64,000 bases of DNA from Vicinamibacterales bacterium (GTDB taxonomy: Bacteria; Acidobacteriota; Vicinamibacteria; Vicinamibacterales; JAMQPK01). The stretch lies in NCBI GenBank assembly GCA_035937795.1, contig DASZHO010000062.1:7467-71466 (forward strand), in the 5' to 3' direction. Made by a program: the position numbers and the translations under genes. This document shows positions 63,876 through 64,000 of this stretch, piece after piece (position 1 is the first letter of the stretch; each line of letters starts with the position of its first letter). Below the pieces are notes generated by a model. The model saw only the letters and a program-made list of their open reading frames with translations, was not told the origin of the DNA and did no database searches.

Positions 63876-64000
63876 CTATCTCTCTGTGCCTGTCTCTGCG
63901 GCGAATTGCGCGTACGCCCCGGCAACCCCGGCCTGCGACGGATCTCCGTGGTGGATGAACACGCGGTAGTGAAAAACGAGCGAGGCTCCTGCCGGAATCG
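63876..64000 (-). CDS. 3' end of an unidentified gene (start outside window)
   Basis: The minus-strand frame is open to the right window edge and translates to '...IPAGASLVFHYRVFIHHGDPSQAGVAGAYAQFAAETGTER*' with TAG at 63876-63878. It is not in the ORF track because it is too short or lacks a start. Family unknown. Confidence 0.3.
   Translation of the reverse strand, partial: IPAGASLVFHYRVFIHHGDPSQAGVAGAYAQFAAETGTER

Overview
GC-rich bacterial chromosomal segment (by eye about two-thirds G+C, not computed), densely coding. I recognised no rRNA, tRNA, CRISPR array or transposase/integrase. Positions ~1.36-43.4 kb form one co-directional minus-strand array of 20 ORFs, with gaps of 90 nt or less and many overlapping stop/start codons. 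It reads as a large lipid/polyketide biosynthetic gene cluster with these parts: (i) a three-subunit Pfa (PUFA-synthase)-like iterative synthase with an unusual domain split: tandem PfaD/NMO-type ER + KS-AT-ACP; KR-DH; KS-AT-DH fused to an Sfp-type PPTase; plus a discrete ACP; (ii) a FAAL-ACP loader, a fully reducing MAS-like type I PKS (KS-AT-DH-ER-KR-ACP) and an alpha/beta-hydrolase; (iii) four GT1 glycosyltransferases (two paralog pairs) and four methyltransferases of different families; (iv) two tandem paralogous fusions of an extended-SDR domain to an FAD/ALO-type oxidase; (v) an alkaline-phosphatase-family enzyme coupled to the ACP; (vi) two secreted beta-propeller proteins embedded between the GT genes. 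The most economical reading is a pathway for a multiply glycosylated, O-methylated long-chain lipid. The logic recalls mycobacterial PGL/DIM and cyanobacterial heterocyst glycolipids, but I cannot assign the cluster to any characterised one. Upstream lies an orphan ~1,156-aa cysteine-rich secreted protein with HHDGRFG repeats. It is divergently paired with a SurA-N/DsbA-type oxidoreductase across an AT-rich island carrying phased TTTGTG hexamers and TTTTGT-N6-ACAAAA palindromes. The right third (48-64 kb) holds a second AlkP-family gene, a DUF2089/SHOCT-like pair, an MBL-fold hydrolase, a nucleotide-sugar dehydrogenase, a CarboxypepD_reg-TonB-type outer-membrane receptor, an Arn/Lgm-like cassette (flippase-like protein, GT2, YdjC-type deacetylase, ArnT-like GT-C) and a Tat-exported Gfo/Idh/MocA oxidoreductase. 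The ORF track uses ATG/GTG/TTG and always reports the longest ORF. Several starts were therefore trimmed to internal start codons that abut the upstream stop codon, which I checked in the nucleotide sequence. Taxon guess (weak inference from GC content and receptor architecture): an Acidobacteriota-like soil bacterium.
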